In this document: in pieces, positions 37,456 to 48,896 of the stretch
How the letters are laid out: every line of letters begins with the position of its first letter
Numbering within the stretch: the first letter of the stretch is position 1
From: Mobula hypostoma
Lineage: Eukaryota
Assembly: GCF_963921235.1 (NCBI RefSeq)
Contig: NC_086097.1
Span: forward strand, 38,752,001-38,816,000
Reading direction: 5' to 3'
Length of the DNA: 64,000 bases
Made by a program: the position numbers and the translations under genes
Notes under the pieces: generated by a model
What the model was told of the DNA's origin: nothing
Seen by the model: only the letters and a program-made list of their open reading frames with translations
Databases searched by the model: none

Positions 37456-37680
37456 CAGATTTTCAGGTCTTTGGCAATTAACCTGCACGGGCGGTGGAAG
37501 GCAGTCCAGTAAACAATCCATCAGAACCTGCTCCATCTGACTATCCAGGCCCCTCTATTTTCTAACATTATGATGTCATGATGAATGAGTTTTGCAACAG
37601 CAGTTGAATCAGGAAAGACAGAAAGAAAATGCATTGGTTCTTGGCTGCAGCGTTGAGCAGTCAGTACAACTGAAGTGTTG

Positions 37681-38200
37681 CCACTTGGAGTACTGTGCTC
37701 ATTTCTGGTCACCTCACGGAAGGAAGGATGTGGAAACTATAGAAAGTGTGCAGAGGAGATTTAAAAGGATGTTGCATGGACAAGGGAGCATGCCTTATGA
37801 GAATAGATTGAGTGAACTTGGCCTTTTCTCCTTGCAGCGACGGAGAATGAGAGGTGACCTGATAGAGGTGTATAAGGTGATGAGAGGCATTGATCGTGTG
37901 GATAGTCAGAGGCTTTTTCCCAGGGCTGAAATGGCTAACACGAGAGGGCACAGTTTTAAGGTGCTTGCAAGTAGGTACAGAGGAGATGTCAGGGGTACGT
38001 TTTTAACAGTGCGTGGAATGGGCTGCCAGTGACAGTGGTGGAGGTGGACACAAAAGGATCTTTTAAGAGACTCCTGGACAGGTACATGGAGCTTAGGAAA
38101 ATAGAGGGCTACGGGTAATACGAGGTAGTTTCTAAAGTAAGCACAGCATTGTGGGCCAAAGGACCTGTATTGTGCTGTAGTTTTACTATGTTTCTATGTT
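37681..38200 (+). mobile_element. CR1 LINE 3' end
   Basis: HLEYCAHFWSPH..RRRMRGDLIEVYKVMRGIDRVDSQRLFPRAE; (ctatgttt)n tail. Confidence 0.92.
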
Positions 38201-38617
38201 TCCATCTCCATGGCCATATGTTCTAATGTATAGATTTTCTCAGTGTGGAAACTGGAATAAGTAAATCGCATTATTACTGAATGGATGATAAGAACTAAAA
38301 TGTTGTCAGAAAGAAATTGGCTGTTCACTCTGGTAAAATGATCAAGATTAGATTCAGATTTTTTAACTTTGAGTTCATTGTGGTAGCAAGCACTCCTTTT
38401 AAAGGGATAGTTAACATCCTTTAAAAAATGGAATCAGACATATGGAGATCCCAGTAGTTGTGACACTCTCCCCAAAAGAAGAGAATTTTTAAATCGAGTA
38501 AATGTGCCTCTTCTTTTTCGAATCATATGATCTTGAGACATGTCCATCCATAAAAATGATTTTGCATAGTTTATGTATGTCTTCCTTTTTTAATCCCTTG
38601 ACAAAAGTATTTAAAAA

Positions 38618-38735
38618 GTTTATTTAGACATACAGCACAGAATAGGCCCTTCTGGCCCTTTGGACCACGCCGCCCAGCAACCCTGATTTAACCCTAACCT
38701 AATCACAGGACAAATTACAATGACCAATTAACTTA
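38618..38735 (-). mobile_element. V-SINE 3' fragment
   Basis: tacagcacagaataggcccttc..ccctaacctaatcacaggacaaattacaatgaccaattaac matches 27330-27405. Confidence 0.7.
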
Positions 38736-38971
38736 TTTGGAAATCCAGGTTCATGAGGACTTCCCACCATTCATTCCTTTTCTATTTATCTTTACTCACA
38801 CAATAGAGTTATGATAACAGCTGTATAAAGACAGATTGATTTCGAAATACTAGCCCAGGTATTGGATACTGAAGAGAAAGCATCGCTAGAAGTTCACCAG
38901 TTATGGAGGTATTTTTACATCACAAAACAGCAAGAATTTCAAAATCATGTTATTGTCATAAAGTAAAAGGG

Positions 38972-39490
38972 TCATAAATCAATACAGCATGGATACAGGC
39001 CCTTCAGCCCAATGAGTCTATACTATGCACATATTCAGCTCATCCTAATTCCCTGTGTTCAGCCCATATCCCTCTAAGACACGGGTTCCCAACCTGGGGT
39101 TCAGAGACCCCTTGGTTAATGGGAGGGGTCCATGGCATAAAAAAGGTTGGGAACCCCTGCTCTAAGCCCTGTCTGTCTATATACCTATCCAAGAGCTTCT
39201 TAAAAGGTACGATCGTATCTTCCTCAACTACTTCTTCTGGCAGCATATTCCATACAATCACCATCCTCTGCATGAAGAAGATGCCCCTCGGGTTCCTTTT
39301 AAATCTTTCCCCTCTCACCCTGTATCTGTGTCCACTAGTTTTGGTCTCCCCTACCCTGGGGAAAAGATTGTTACTATCCACTTTATCTATACCTCTTAAA
39401 ATTTTAAACATTTCTATAATGTCGCCCCTCATTCTTCCATATTTCAAGGAAAAAAAGACAGCCTGACTCCCTGCCTATAACTTTTCCCTC
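38972..39490 (-). mobile_element. CR1 LINE 3' end
   Basis: RMRGDIIEMFKILRGIDKVDS..FFMQRMVIVWNMLPEEVVE. Confidence 0.88.
39080..39159. mobile_element. 80 bp hAT (Charlie-type) MITE
   Basis: TIRs cacgggttcccaacct / aggttgggaacccctg; 8 bp TSD ctctaaga / ctctaagc with central TA. Confidence 0.88.
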
Positions 39491-39872
39491 AGCAATCTCA
39501 CTTTGTCTCCTTTCCAGTTCTGATGAAGCGTCCTTTCTGCTCTCTCTTCCCACTGATGCAGCCTGACTTGTTGAGTAGTTTCAGCAATTTTCTGTTCTTA
39601 TTGCTAAATTCAAAGAACCCAGCACTGCCTGAAGTCTTATCAACTGGAAAATGTGGACAGAACCCTGACATAGGCAAACACAAGGTGAATAACGCTGTGA
39701 AGCAGTGCTATCTTTCCAACATCAAACACACTCAAGTAGTCTGTCCAGCAACCAAACAGAACGGGTTATAGCTCATAACAACAGGAATTCTGCAGATGCT
39801 GGAAATTCAAGCAACACACATCAAAGTTGCTGGTGAACGCAGCAGGCCAGGCAGCATCTGTAGGAAGAGGTG

Positions 39873-39909
39873 CAGTCGACGTTTCAGGCCGAGACCCTTC
39901 GTCAGAACT
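39873..39909 (-). ncRNA. Minimal type I hammerhead ribozyme motif in pLTR
   Basis: Minus strand agtt-CTGACGA-a-gggtctcggcct-GAAA-cGTC-gact. Confidence 0.8.
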
Positions 39910-39940
39910 AACTGAAGGAAGAGTGAGTAAGGGATTTGAA

Positions 39941-41172
39941 TTAGTCCTTAGTCTTAATAATTTCTCCTTTGGCTCCTCCCACTTCCTCCAAACTAAAGGT
40001 GTAGCTATGGGCACCCGTATGGGTCCTAGCTATGCCTGCCTTTTTGTTGGGTTTGTGGAACAATCTATGTTCCGTGCCTATTCTGGTATCTGTCCCCAAC
40101 TTTTCCTTCGCTACATCGACGACTGCATTGGTGCTGCTTCCTGCACCCATGCAGAACTCGTTGACTTTATTATCTTTGCCTCCAACTTTCACCCTGCCCT
40201 CAAGTTTACCTGGTCCATTTCCGACACCTCCCTCCCCTTTCGAGATCTTTCTGTCTCTGTCTCTGGAGACAGCTTATCTACTGATGTCTACTATAAGCCT
40301 ACTGACTCTCACAGCTATCTGGACTATTCCTCTTCTCACCCTGTCTCTTGCAAAAACGCCATCCCCTTCTCTCAATTCCTCCGTCTCCGCCGCATCTGCT
40401 CTCAGGATGAGGCTTTTCATTCTAGGACGAGGGAGATGTCTTCCTTTTTTAAAGAAAGGGGCTTCCCTTCCTCCACTATCAACTCTGCTTTTAAACGCAT
40501 CTCCCCCATTTCACGTACATCTGCTCTCACTCCATCCTCCCGCCACCCCACTAGGAATAGAGTTCCCCTGGTCCTCACCTACCACCCCACCAGCCTCCGG
40601 GTCCAACATATTATTCTCCGTAACTTCCGCCACCTCCAACGGGATCCCACAACTAAGCACATCTTTCCCTCCCCCCCCTCTCTGTTCCGCAGGGATCGCT
40701 CCCTACGCAACTCCCTTGTCCATTCGTCCCCCATCCCTCTCCACTGATCTCCCTCCTGGCACTTATCCGTGTAAGCAGAACAAGTGCTACACATGCCCTT
40801 ACACTTCCTCCCTTACCACCATTCAGGACCCCAAACAGTCCTTCCAGGTGAGGCAACACTTCACCTGTGAGTCGACTGGGGTGATATACTGCGTCCGGTG
40901 CTCCCGATGTGGCCTTCTATATTGGCGAGACCCGACGCAGACTGGGAGACCGCTTTGCTGAACATCTATGCTCTGTCCGCCAGAGAAAGCAGGATCTCCC
41001 AGTGGCCACACATTTTAATTCCACATCCCATTCCCATTCTGACATGTCTATCCACGGCCTCCTCTACTGTAAAGATGAAGCCACACTCAGGTTGGAGGAA
41101 CAACACCTTATATTCCGTCTGGGTAGCCTCCAACCTGATGGCATGAACATCGACTTCTCTAACTTCCGCTAA
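39941..41172 (+). pseudogene. PLE RT + GIY-YIG ORF, N-truncated, frameshifted near 40740 and 40920
   Basis: ORFs 39827-40747, 40032-40961 and 40909-41172 join into one collinear RT-linker-endonuclease protein. Confidence 0.88.
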
Positions 41173-41457
41173 GGCCCCACCTCCCCCTCGTACTCCATCT
41201 GTTACTTTTTTTTTATGCACACATTCTTTCTCTCACTCTCCTTTTTCTCCCTCTGTCCCTCTGAATATACCCTTGCCCATCCTCTGGGTCCCCCCCCCCT
41301 TGTCTTTCTTCCCTGACCTCCTGTCCCATGATCCTCTCGTATCCCCTTTTGCCAATCACCTGTCCAGCTCTCGGCTCCATCCCTCCCCCTCCTGTCTTCT
41401 ATGATTTTGGATCTCCCCCTCCAGCTTTCAAATCCCTTACTCACTCTTCCTTCAGTT

Positions 41458-41494
41458 AGTCCTGACGAAGGGTCTCGGCCTGAAACGTCGACTG
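41458..41494 (+). ncRNA. Minimal type I hammerhead ribozyme motif in pLTR
   Basis: Helix I agtc/gact, core CTGACGA 41462-41468, helix II gggt-ctcg-gcct, GAAA, palindromic ACGT helix III, predicted cleavage after GUC at 41489. Confidence 0.85.
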
Positions 41495-41644
41495 CACCTC
41501 TTCCTACAGATGCTGCCTGGCTTATAGCTCATAATGAGGCTGCTCCGGCATAATTTGTTGTGTAGCAAGTGCTGATTTAGCAGTAAAAACAGAAAATGCT
41601 GGGACTACTCAGCAAGTCAGGCTGCGTCAGTGGGAAAGGGGAAG

Positions 41645-41960
41645 GATCTAGGGGTCCAAGTTCATAGCTCTCTGAAAGTGGCTATGCAGGTTGATAGTGT
41701 GGTGAAGAAGCCACATGGCCTTTATTAGTCCAGGCACTGAGTTCAAAAGTCAGGAAGCTAGGTTTTAAAACTCTAGTTTGGCTGTTTTTGGAGTATTCTG
41801 GTCACCCTAATATAAGAAGGACATCGAGGCTTTGGAGGGGCTTCAGAAGATGATTACCAGGATGCTGCCTGGATTGGAGGGCATGTACTACAACGAGAGG
41901 GTGGACAAGCTTGGGTTGTTTTCTCTGGAGTGAAGTAGGCTGAGGGGAGATCTGATCGTG
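41645..41960 (+). mobile_element. CR1 RT fragment
   Basis: DLGVQVHSSLKVAMQVDSVVKK..RMLPGLEGMYYNERVDKLGLFSLE; preceded by pLTR fragment 41585-41640. Confidence 0.85.
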
Positions 41961-43964
41961 ATTAGGTGAAGACTTGAGGACAAAATGTGAGCCTTTTCAG
42001 TTGTGAGCAGCAGCTTTCCAAAGTTATGAGTGGCTCTTTAAGTAGTATTGTTAGGTAAAGGACAGCACAACTGAAGTGTATTCCTGCTGAGAGTGATGAA
42101 TGATTGTTGTTAACAACATGGCAACAGAACAGTGTGTTGCAACATCTCCTACATGGGAGCTGAAAAAATGAAAAGCAGTATCATTATACCTGCAACAGAC
42201 ACTATCCGTGTGTGCACTAAGAGTAGGAATTCTCAGATCCAACAATGCCAATGCTGCGGCGGCCATTTTGTCAGTTAATGATACATACTTGTTCAAGCTG
42301 CTCTGAGCAAACAGCATGATGGTATCCCAAACCTTGGCCTCACTCCATTAACTTCCTTAGGGATAAATGCTGAATCTAGACCCGGCACTGGGCAGAAACA
42401 GACTCCGACAGCAACTGTATGTGCAGGGCTATATTTGGTCATTCATTTCACCATTTTTTTTGTGTGGAGTTATTAAGAGATGTAGGATGATTACAAAAAA
42501 AAAGCTTTCAAGCCTGGAACAAAAAACACATTTCAGGGAGTTCAGAACTGATAATGAAGAAACAAAGCCATGGGAATTCTCAGGAGACTCCCATGCTTGA
42601 GCAATCTTTGTTCTACACTGTAAATTCCTTAACCCCATCCCTAAACCTTCTCCACCCACCTACATTTTAGAAGACCTTGCAAAGCTTCCCTCTTTAATCA
42701 AGCTTCCAGTTACCCCTCAGTCTTCCCAACATATTATTTTTATTCCTGTTTATTCCCCAAATTAATATACAATTGACTGTTTTAACATTAAAATTGCCAC
42801 TATAAGTATAGGCTGTAAGCGAAGGCAACACATAACATGGTCTAAACACTATTTACATCCTGCTCCCATACAGAGCAGATGTCAAATGACTCATAGTTCT
42901 GCATACAAACATTCCTTTAATCTTGATACCTCGCACCATTATAATCTTAAAAAAATGTCATCAGCATGTCACCACACTTTCAAAAGAAGCTTATATTTGA
43001 ATACGTACAAGATGACATGTACAGATGTGTTGTCACCATTATAAAATATGGCTTGGATGTATCATTTTGCGAGAAGTGCAGATTTTCTAAATGTGAGTAG
43101 CATTGTTGGAAACTGAAATGAAAACAGAGAGTGCAGCAAATTCTCAGCGGATCACGCGCCATGTGCTGAGAGGGAGACAGAGTTAACACTTCGCTTTGAT
43201 GACTTTTCATTGCTCATGGAAGCTGCCTTCTGATGACATCATTGTAGACTCATTCAGCAATTCCTGTAAACACACCAGAGATCAGGCTGGAAGCTCTTCT
43301 GTGCACTAACTCCTGCGCTCAACTTGGCTCAGTGGCGGACAGGCTGATTAGACAACACCCGGACATAGAGGGCTGAAAATTTATTCCAATTGATTCTAAT
43401 GCCTACAATCAAAGACTTCCCCTGAACAAATATGCGTGGTTCTTATATTAGCAAACTCTTCAACTGCTGAGTGAAACTACTCGTTACTGGCAGCTTGTGT
43501 GAACGGACTTGATATTCTAAACCAGTGAAAAGAAAGCACTTGGTTTCAAAGGCAGCTGGGTGTTTCCTGCTTTTACCCCAAGGAATGCAAGAAAGATTGG
43601 AAAATAAGTTAGCCTGCTCCTTTGCAAACGTGAGGGGTAATAATTGGACAATCAATAAGCAAAGACATTAATTTTCAAACTAAGTATGAGAGACACACCT
43701 TACTCTCTTGTGAACAAGAGAGTGAAAGATCTCAGGAAACTTGCAGACCAAACTGTCAGGCTGTGAGTACAACAGATTTTCAGTATTCAGAAAGTAAAAA
43801 AAAACTGCAGCTGTTAGAAAACTGAAATTAAAACAGAAGATGCTGGAAGTAATCAATAGGCCAGGCAGCATCCATGGAAAGTGAATCATATCTATCATTT
43901 CAGGTCAACAGCCTTTTATCGGAATTAGAAAAACATAGAAAACAAAATGTTTTAAGTTGGGGCA

Positions 43965-44598
43965 AACCACAGAAAATGCTGGAGGAACTCAGCAGGCCAG
44001 GCAGCATCTATAGAAATGAGTATAGTTGACGTTTCGGGCTGAGACCCTTCATCAGGACTGGAGAAAAAAAGATGAGGTGTTAGGGTTAGAAGGTGATAGG
44101 TGAAAGCAGGAGGGGCGAGGGGTGATGTAAAGAGCCAGGAAGTTGATTGGTGGAAGAGATAAAGGGATGGAGAAGGGGGAATCTGATAGGAGAGAACAGA
44201 AGGCCCTGGAAGAAAGAAAAGGTGGGAGGAACAACAGAGGGAGTTGATGGGCAGGTAAGGAGATAGGTGAGAGAGAGAAAAGGGAATGGGGAATAGTCCC
44301 TACGCAACTCCCTTGTCCATTTGTTCCTCCCCATTGATGGGATCACTCCCTATGTGACTCCCTTGTCCATTTGTCCCTCCCCACTGATCTCCCTCCTGGC
44401 ACTTACCCTTGGAAGCAGAACAAGTGCCACACCTGCCCCTACACCTCCTCCCTCACTACCATTCAGGGCCCTAAACAGTCCTTCCAGGTGAGGTGACACT
44501 TCACTTGCGAGTCTGTTGAGGGTCATTTACTGTGTTCAGCACTCTGTTATGGTCTCCTGTATATCGGTGAGACCCGACGCAGATTGGGAGACCACTTT
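43965..44598. mobile_element. Penelope-like element, inverted 3' end joined to forward linker/GIY-YIG fragment
   Basis: Minus-strand pLTR+UTR 43965-44296; plus-strand PGTYP..HFTCES..YIGETRRRLGDHF 44297-44598; older pLTR at 43800-43950. Confidence 0.85.
44024..44060 (-). ncRNA. Minimal type I hammerhead ribozyme motif in pLTR
   Basis: Minus strand cagtc-CTGATGA-a-gggtctcagccc-GAAA-cGTC-aact. Confidence 0.75.
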
Positions 44599-45099
44599 CT
44601 AATTTTCATGCACAGACGGCCTAGAGGAGGAGGGGCACTAGAGGGAGGGGGTGAGCAGATAAGGAGAGAAGAGGGGTTTGAGGGGACTGGAAAAAGGGAG
44701 AAGGGGCAGGGGTCAGAAATTCCCCTCAGTAGGTGCAGCCTGATCTGCTGAGCAGAGCTTTTCAATAGTACCGGCTGTTAGCCAGTGGCTAATCTAGCAC
44801 TTATTTTACAACCACCCAATCTTTGAAAGGGCTGTAGTAAGTAAATTGCCTCTGCCCCCGAGACCCAGCTATAGCATGCGCATGTGGCTATTTATGGGGG
44901 AGAAGGCCAAACAGACCACAGAGCACGTTAACACCACATTCCTAATGGCAAATCAAAATCTCTAATGAGCTGATGTTTGTTCTAAGATCTTAGAGACTAT
45001 CTAAATGACACTGAGTGCTGCACCTTCTTTGTATTTTTCACAGGACATGGTGTCAGTGATGCCATCATTAACCTTGAAGACAAGAGACGAGAGTACAAC

Positions 45100-45410
45100 A
45101 TTCGGGGCTGACACTCCATTGCAATACCGAGGGAGTGCTGCATTGTGAGAGAGTGGTCTTCCAGCGAAGGCAGGTATCGAAGCTGTCGAGTCATTATTTC
45201 AAAGACCTAGTTTATCCCTGGTCTGGATAACGTTTACCTTTCATGACAGCATCACATAATCATCTGGTCAATATCAATATCATTGTTTGTGGGATCTTGC
45301 TGTTCACAACTTGCCTGCCCTACTTCTGTGACCATTCCTCAGGACTCTTCATTGTCTCTAAAGTACATCTCAAGGACATTGAGAGCTACTTGAATACAAA
45401 TGCTTCTTAA
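45100..45410 (+). mobile_element. Deu-domain SINE (SacSINE1/AmnSINE-like), degraded
   Basis: gctgacactccattgcaataccgagggagtgctgcattgt..atcatctggtcaatatc..tgtttgtgggatcttgctgt matches the Deu-SINE consensus as I recall it. Confidence 0.7.
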
Positions 45411-45599
45411 GCATTGAATTTTTTTAAATAATACTCAAATAATGGAAGTGTGTTTGAAATAAAATAGCAGATTAATTAACAAAGGCAAGTGATTAACAGC
45501 TTAACATCATGAAAATGGATATCAGTGACAGATGAAAAAAATTAAAAGAATAAGTTAAGAGCCATTCTGATGAAATTTCTCTCTTTTCAACTGAGAATT

Positions 45600-45900
45600 A
45601 TATAGTATGCCCTTGATTTTGACACTCCTCCACGTGGGGAAAACACCCTCACTATCCACCCTATCAACGCCTCTCACAGTCTCATAAACCTTTATAAAAA
45701 GTCACCCTTTTGCTCCTGCACTACAATGAGATCAATCCCAGGCTGTCCAACGTAGAGATTCAACATAGAGTGCAGAGGTTTCCGGGGCGATGGTCAGTTG
45801 TGTTCAGTGAATTTCGTTGCCATGACAACTGAAGAATATCTTCTAGTAACTGAAGCCCTCCATTCCAGGAAACTTCCCAGTGAATCTCTTCCGCAGTCTC
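45600..45900 (-). mobile_element. CR1 fragment carrying an 85 bp foreign insert
   Basis: CR1 reverse complement (ctatccaccctatcaacgcctctc..cccaggctgtccaac | ..ccattccaggaaacttcccagtgaatctc) interrupted at about 45752-45841. Confidence 0.75.
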
Positions 45901-46609
45901 TTGAATGATATCTCATTGTAGTTCAGACAGCAATTCCCCTTTTTCTGCATCTAACTGTCCACTCACAGGTGGATCTGAAACATAAAATCTGTTTCTCCTC
46001 CCAAAGATGGCACCTGGCCTACCTTTTTCCAGAATCTTCTGATTTTACTTAAAACAACAAAATCATCTGGTGCACCGAGATCCCTTCTGAACAGAAGTAT
46101 TTGTCTTTAATATCTTGTCTGATTTATCGGTATTGAGACAGTTAGTGCTTCAGTTGCAAATTTACCTTCCTTTTTAACTGCTGTCCTTTAATTTCCGGCT
46201 GTTGACTTTACCAATAGCATTTCAATCCTGTAGCATTTTACCAATTAACATTTCCTGCAGACAGCAATATGATAATAGATTCAAGTTGCCCATCATTGAT
46301 ATTCAACATGGAGTGCTGAGGTTTCCTGGTGATGGTCAGTTGTGTTCAGTGAATTTCGTTGCCATGACAACTGAAGAATATCTGAAGATCTCTAGAATTC
46401 TCCAGGACTGTACACTGGCTGAGGGCCACAATAAAATCCTTAACAAACTGGCGGACAAAAGTCGATGTCTGAGAATAAACAGTGAGGCTATCGACACTCA
46501 TTGTTATTAAGGAAGGACCGGGTCACAGCAATGACAGCAGTGATACAAGTAATTGAGCTACAGCTCCATTGTTCTTGCAGTCCACATTCAATTCCTGCTT
46601 AGAATAATA

Positions 46610-47255
46610 GGGTGGGGGGGGGGAGGATAGGTGAGAACAGGTGAGGGGGAGGGTGGCTTGAATTGAAATGGGTGATCACCAGATCTTGCCCTTTGGAGGA
46701 AGGTTCACACCTATCACCTGCCATCTTGGTCGTCTGGCTTCTGCACTCTTCCCTTCTGATGAAGGGTCTCTGCCCAATATGTCAACCCTTTATTCCTGCC
46801 CGACTTCCTGAGTTCCTCCAGCATTTGGTGAGAGCTGCTCAACATCTCCAGCATCTGCAGAATGTCTTGTGTTTAAGGTGGCCTGGAGGAGCTGTTTCCA
46901 TAGAGTATGACTCTTTGATCTATGATCTAAGGTGGAGACCAACTGCATGTGGATAGATGCAGGAAAGAGGGAATTGCTGCCTCAACTACATGAAGGGTGA
47001 CATAGCGTTAAAGAGAGTGTAGAAGAGATTCACCAGGATCTTGTCTGAAATGGAGGACTTGAGTTAGAAGGAGAGACTGGGTAGTCTGTGTTTGTTCTCA
47101 TTGGAGTGCAGGATCTAATGGATGACCTTAGAGAGGTTTAGAGGATTATGGGAGGCAGAGATGGAGTGAATGGTGAGGGTGTTTTTCCCAGCTAGATGAG
47201 TCTAAAATTAGAGGGCACAGCTCTCAGGTGAAAGGGGAAACATTTAAAGGAACAT
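46610..47255 (+). mobile_element. PLE fold-back remnant + CR1 tail + spacer + CR1 fragment
   Basis: pLTR 46750-46872, CR1 tail to 46915, spacer, CR1 RT/3' region to 47255; collinear with 13505-13853. Confidence 0.7.
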
Positions 47256-47435
47256 GAAACAGTGTGAACATCAAAAAGAGTGCTGGAAGGCCGAAATAAA
47301 AACAGAAAATTCTGGAAATGTTCAGCAATCCTTAGTTTCTGTGGAAAGAAAAAAAAGAGCGAATATTTCCAGTTGAAGACCCTCCATGGAACAGTGGGAA
47401 CTTGTGATACTTTGCCTGGAAAGTACTTTTCATAG

Positions 47436-47624
47436 TAACACACAAAAAATGTTGGAGGAACTCAGAATGTCAGGCAGCATCTTTGGAGAGGATTTAACTG
47501 TCGACATTTCAGGCCAAGGTGCTTCATCGGGTCTAGAAATAAAGGGGGAAGAAACCAGAAGTCATTGCTCAGTTTGTATGTACTACTCTGGATTTCCAGC
47601 ATCCGCAGATCTCTTGTGTTTATG
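47436..47624. mobile_element. Mini Penelope-derived fold-back insertion
   Basis: 15 bp diverged TSD aagtacttttcatag (47421-47435) / aagtacctctcatag (47625-47639); inverted pLTR arms. Confidence 0.8.
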
Positions 47625-48896
47625 AAGTACCTCTCATAGAGCTGTTTATATCAGTGCCACCTGATTGAAAATGCGCTTGCCCCGGAGTGAAATGCAGTAA
47701 TCTTTGTTTCCAAATAATTTCAGGTTACACCAGAAACTTGACTGAGAACTTCTCAATTTCAGGCATGCACCAGATGTTGGTATTTCAACTGAACTCTAAT
47801 TCTGAAGCAGGGCAGGGAAATAATACTGAACTGTTGTGAGAATACCCACCATTGAGGCACTTCCAACAGGCCATATTTATGTTTTATCCCCTCAGCTCTC
47901 CTCCACACATGGCACTGAAAAGTCCTGACCACCAATCAACCTCCGAAACCCAAAAAATTACAGATCTTCTTCCCTTCCCATTCTCCACCCCAACCCTCCA
48001 CTCTCTCACCACTGCCCCCATCCTCCGAACCTCCTGGAAGACCTGTGCCTTCAACACCACCACCCTGAAGCCCACAGTGAAAATGTTGATCTCCACCCCA
48101 TCCTCAAAAATTAACGATGGTGGCGCGCAGGGACTCCAGCACCTGATAATGGTGCTCACTTTAAATTCTTGGATAGTGTTTCAAAGTTTCGAGTCAGAGA
48201 TTTCCATTGTCCAAACCTCAACAAATACAGCACTACTGAACTCTCAGACAAAGCTTAATTCACCAGCAGCAGAGTTAGTAGCTGTGCTCAATGGAATTAG
48301 GATTCTATGATGCTAGACCCAACGACAGCGACCTGGCCCAAGCGACTCAGTTGAGAAAGCGGCAGCCGCCGGCAATGTGAGAGGAAATAGAAACATGGCA
48401 AGAGAGCCGGGGCACAAGCTAGGCCGACAGCTAACCCGAACAGACCGGTGGTACCATCACTTTTCCTGGCCAGCATCCGCTGACTAGAAAATACAATGGA
48501 CTCACTGACACTGGGAGTGACTGCACAGAAAGAGATGAGAAACTGCTGCATTCTGGTTTTCACCAAAACGCGGCTAAACAACAACATGCCCAACTCGGCG
48601 TTTTTGAACGCAACAGGATGACTCTGTTCTGCGCAGACAGGAACTCCTTATCGGGGAAATCCAGAGGAGTGGGAAATCGGTGTGTACATTATCAAAAGGT
48701 TGATGCACAAACCCACCTGCAGTCATTGTTCTGGGCAACTGAACGTGTTGCAATTAAATGTCGGCCACATGACCTGCTCAGGGAGTTTACTGTTGTGTTC
48801 ATCACCGCTGTCTACATTCCCCTGAGCACGAATGCCAAAGGAGAGCTTTACCATGTCATGATCTCTCTACTGAACAAGCATCCGGATGATCTCTTC

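Larger units (their letters stand above)
39779..41521 (+). mobile_element. Penelope-like element (Neptune-type), young, 5'-truncated with inverted pLTR
   Basis: RT (GVAMGTRMGPSYA, RYIDD), Cys-rich linker CKQNKCYTC, GIY-YIG (VIYCVRC..YIGET..RFAEH); 39779-39940 is an inverted copy of the 3' pLTR; 13 bp TSD ttatagctcataa at 39766-39778 and 41522-41534. Confidence 0.96.

Noticed and set aside
40032..40961. 309 aa ORF as an independent overlapping gene
   Set aside because: Alternative frame of the PLE RT that only becomes the true frame after the frameshift near 40740
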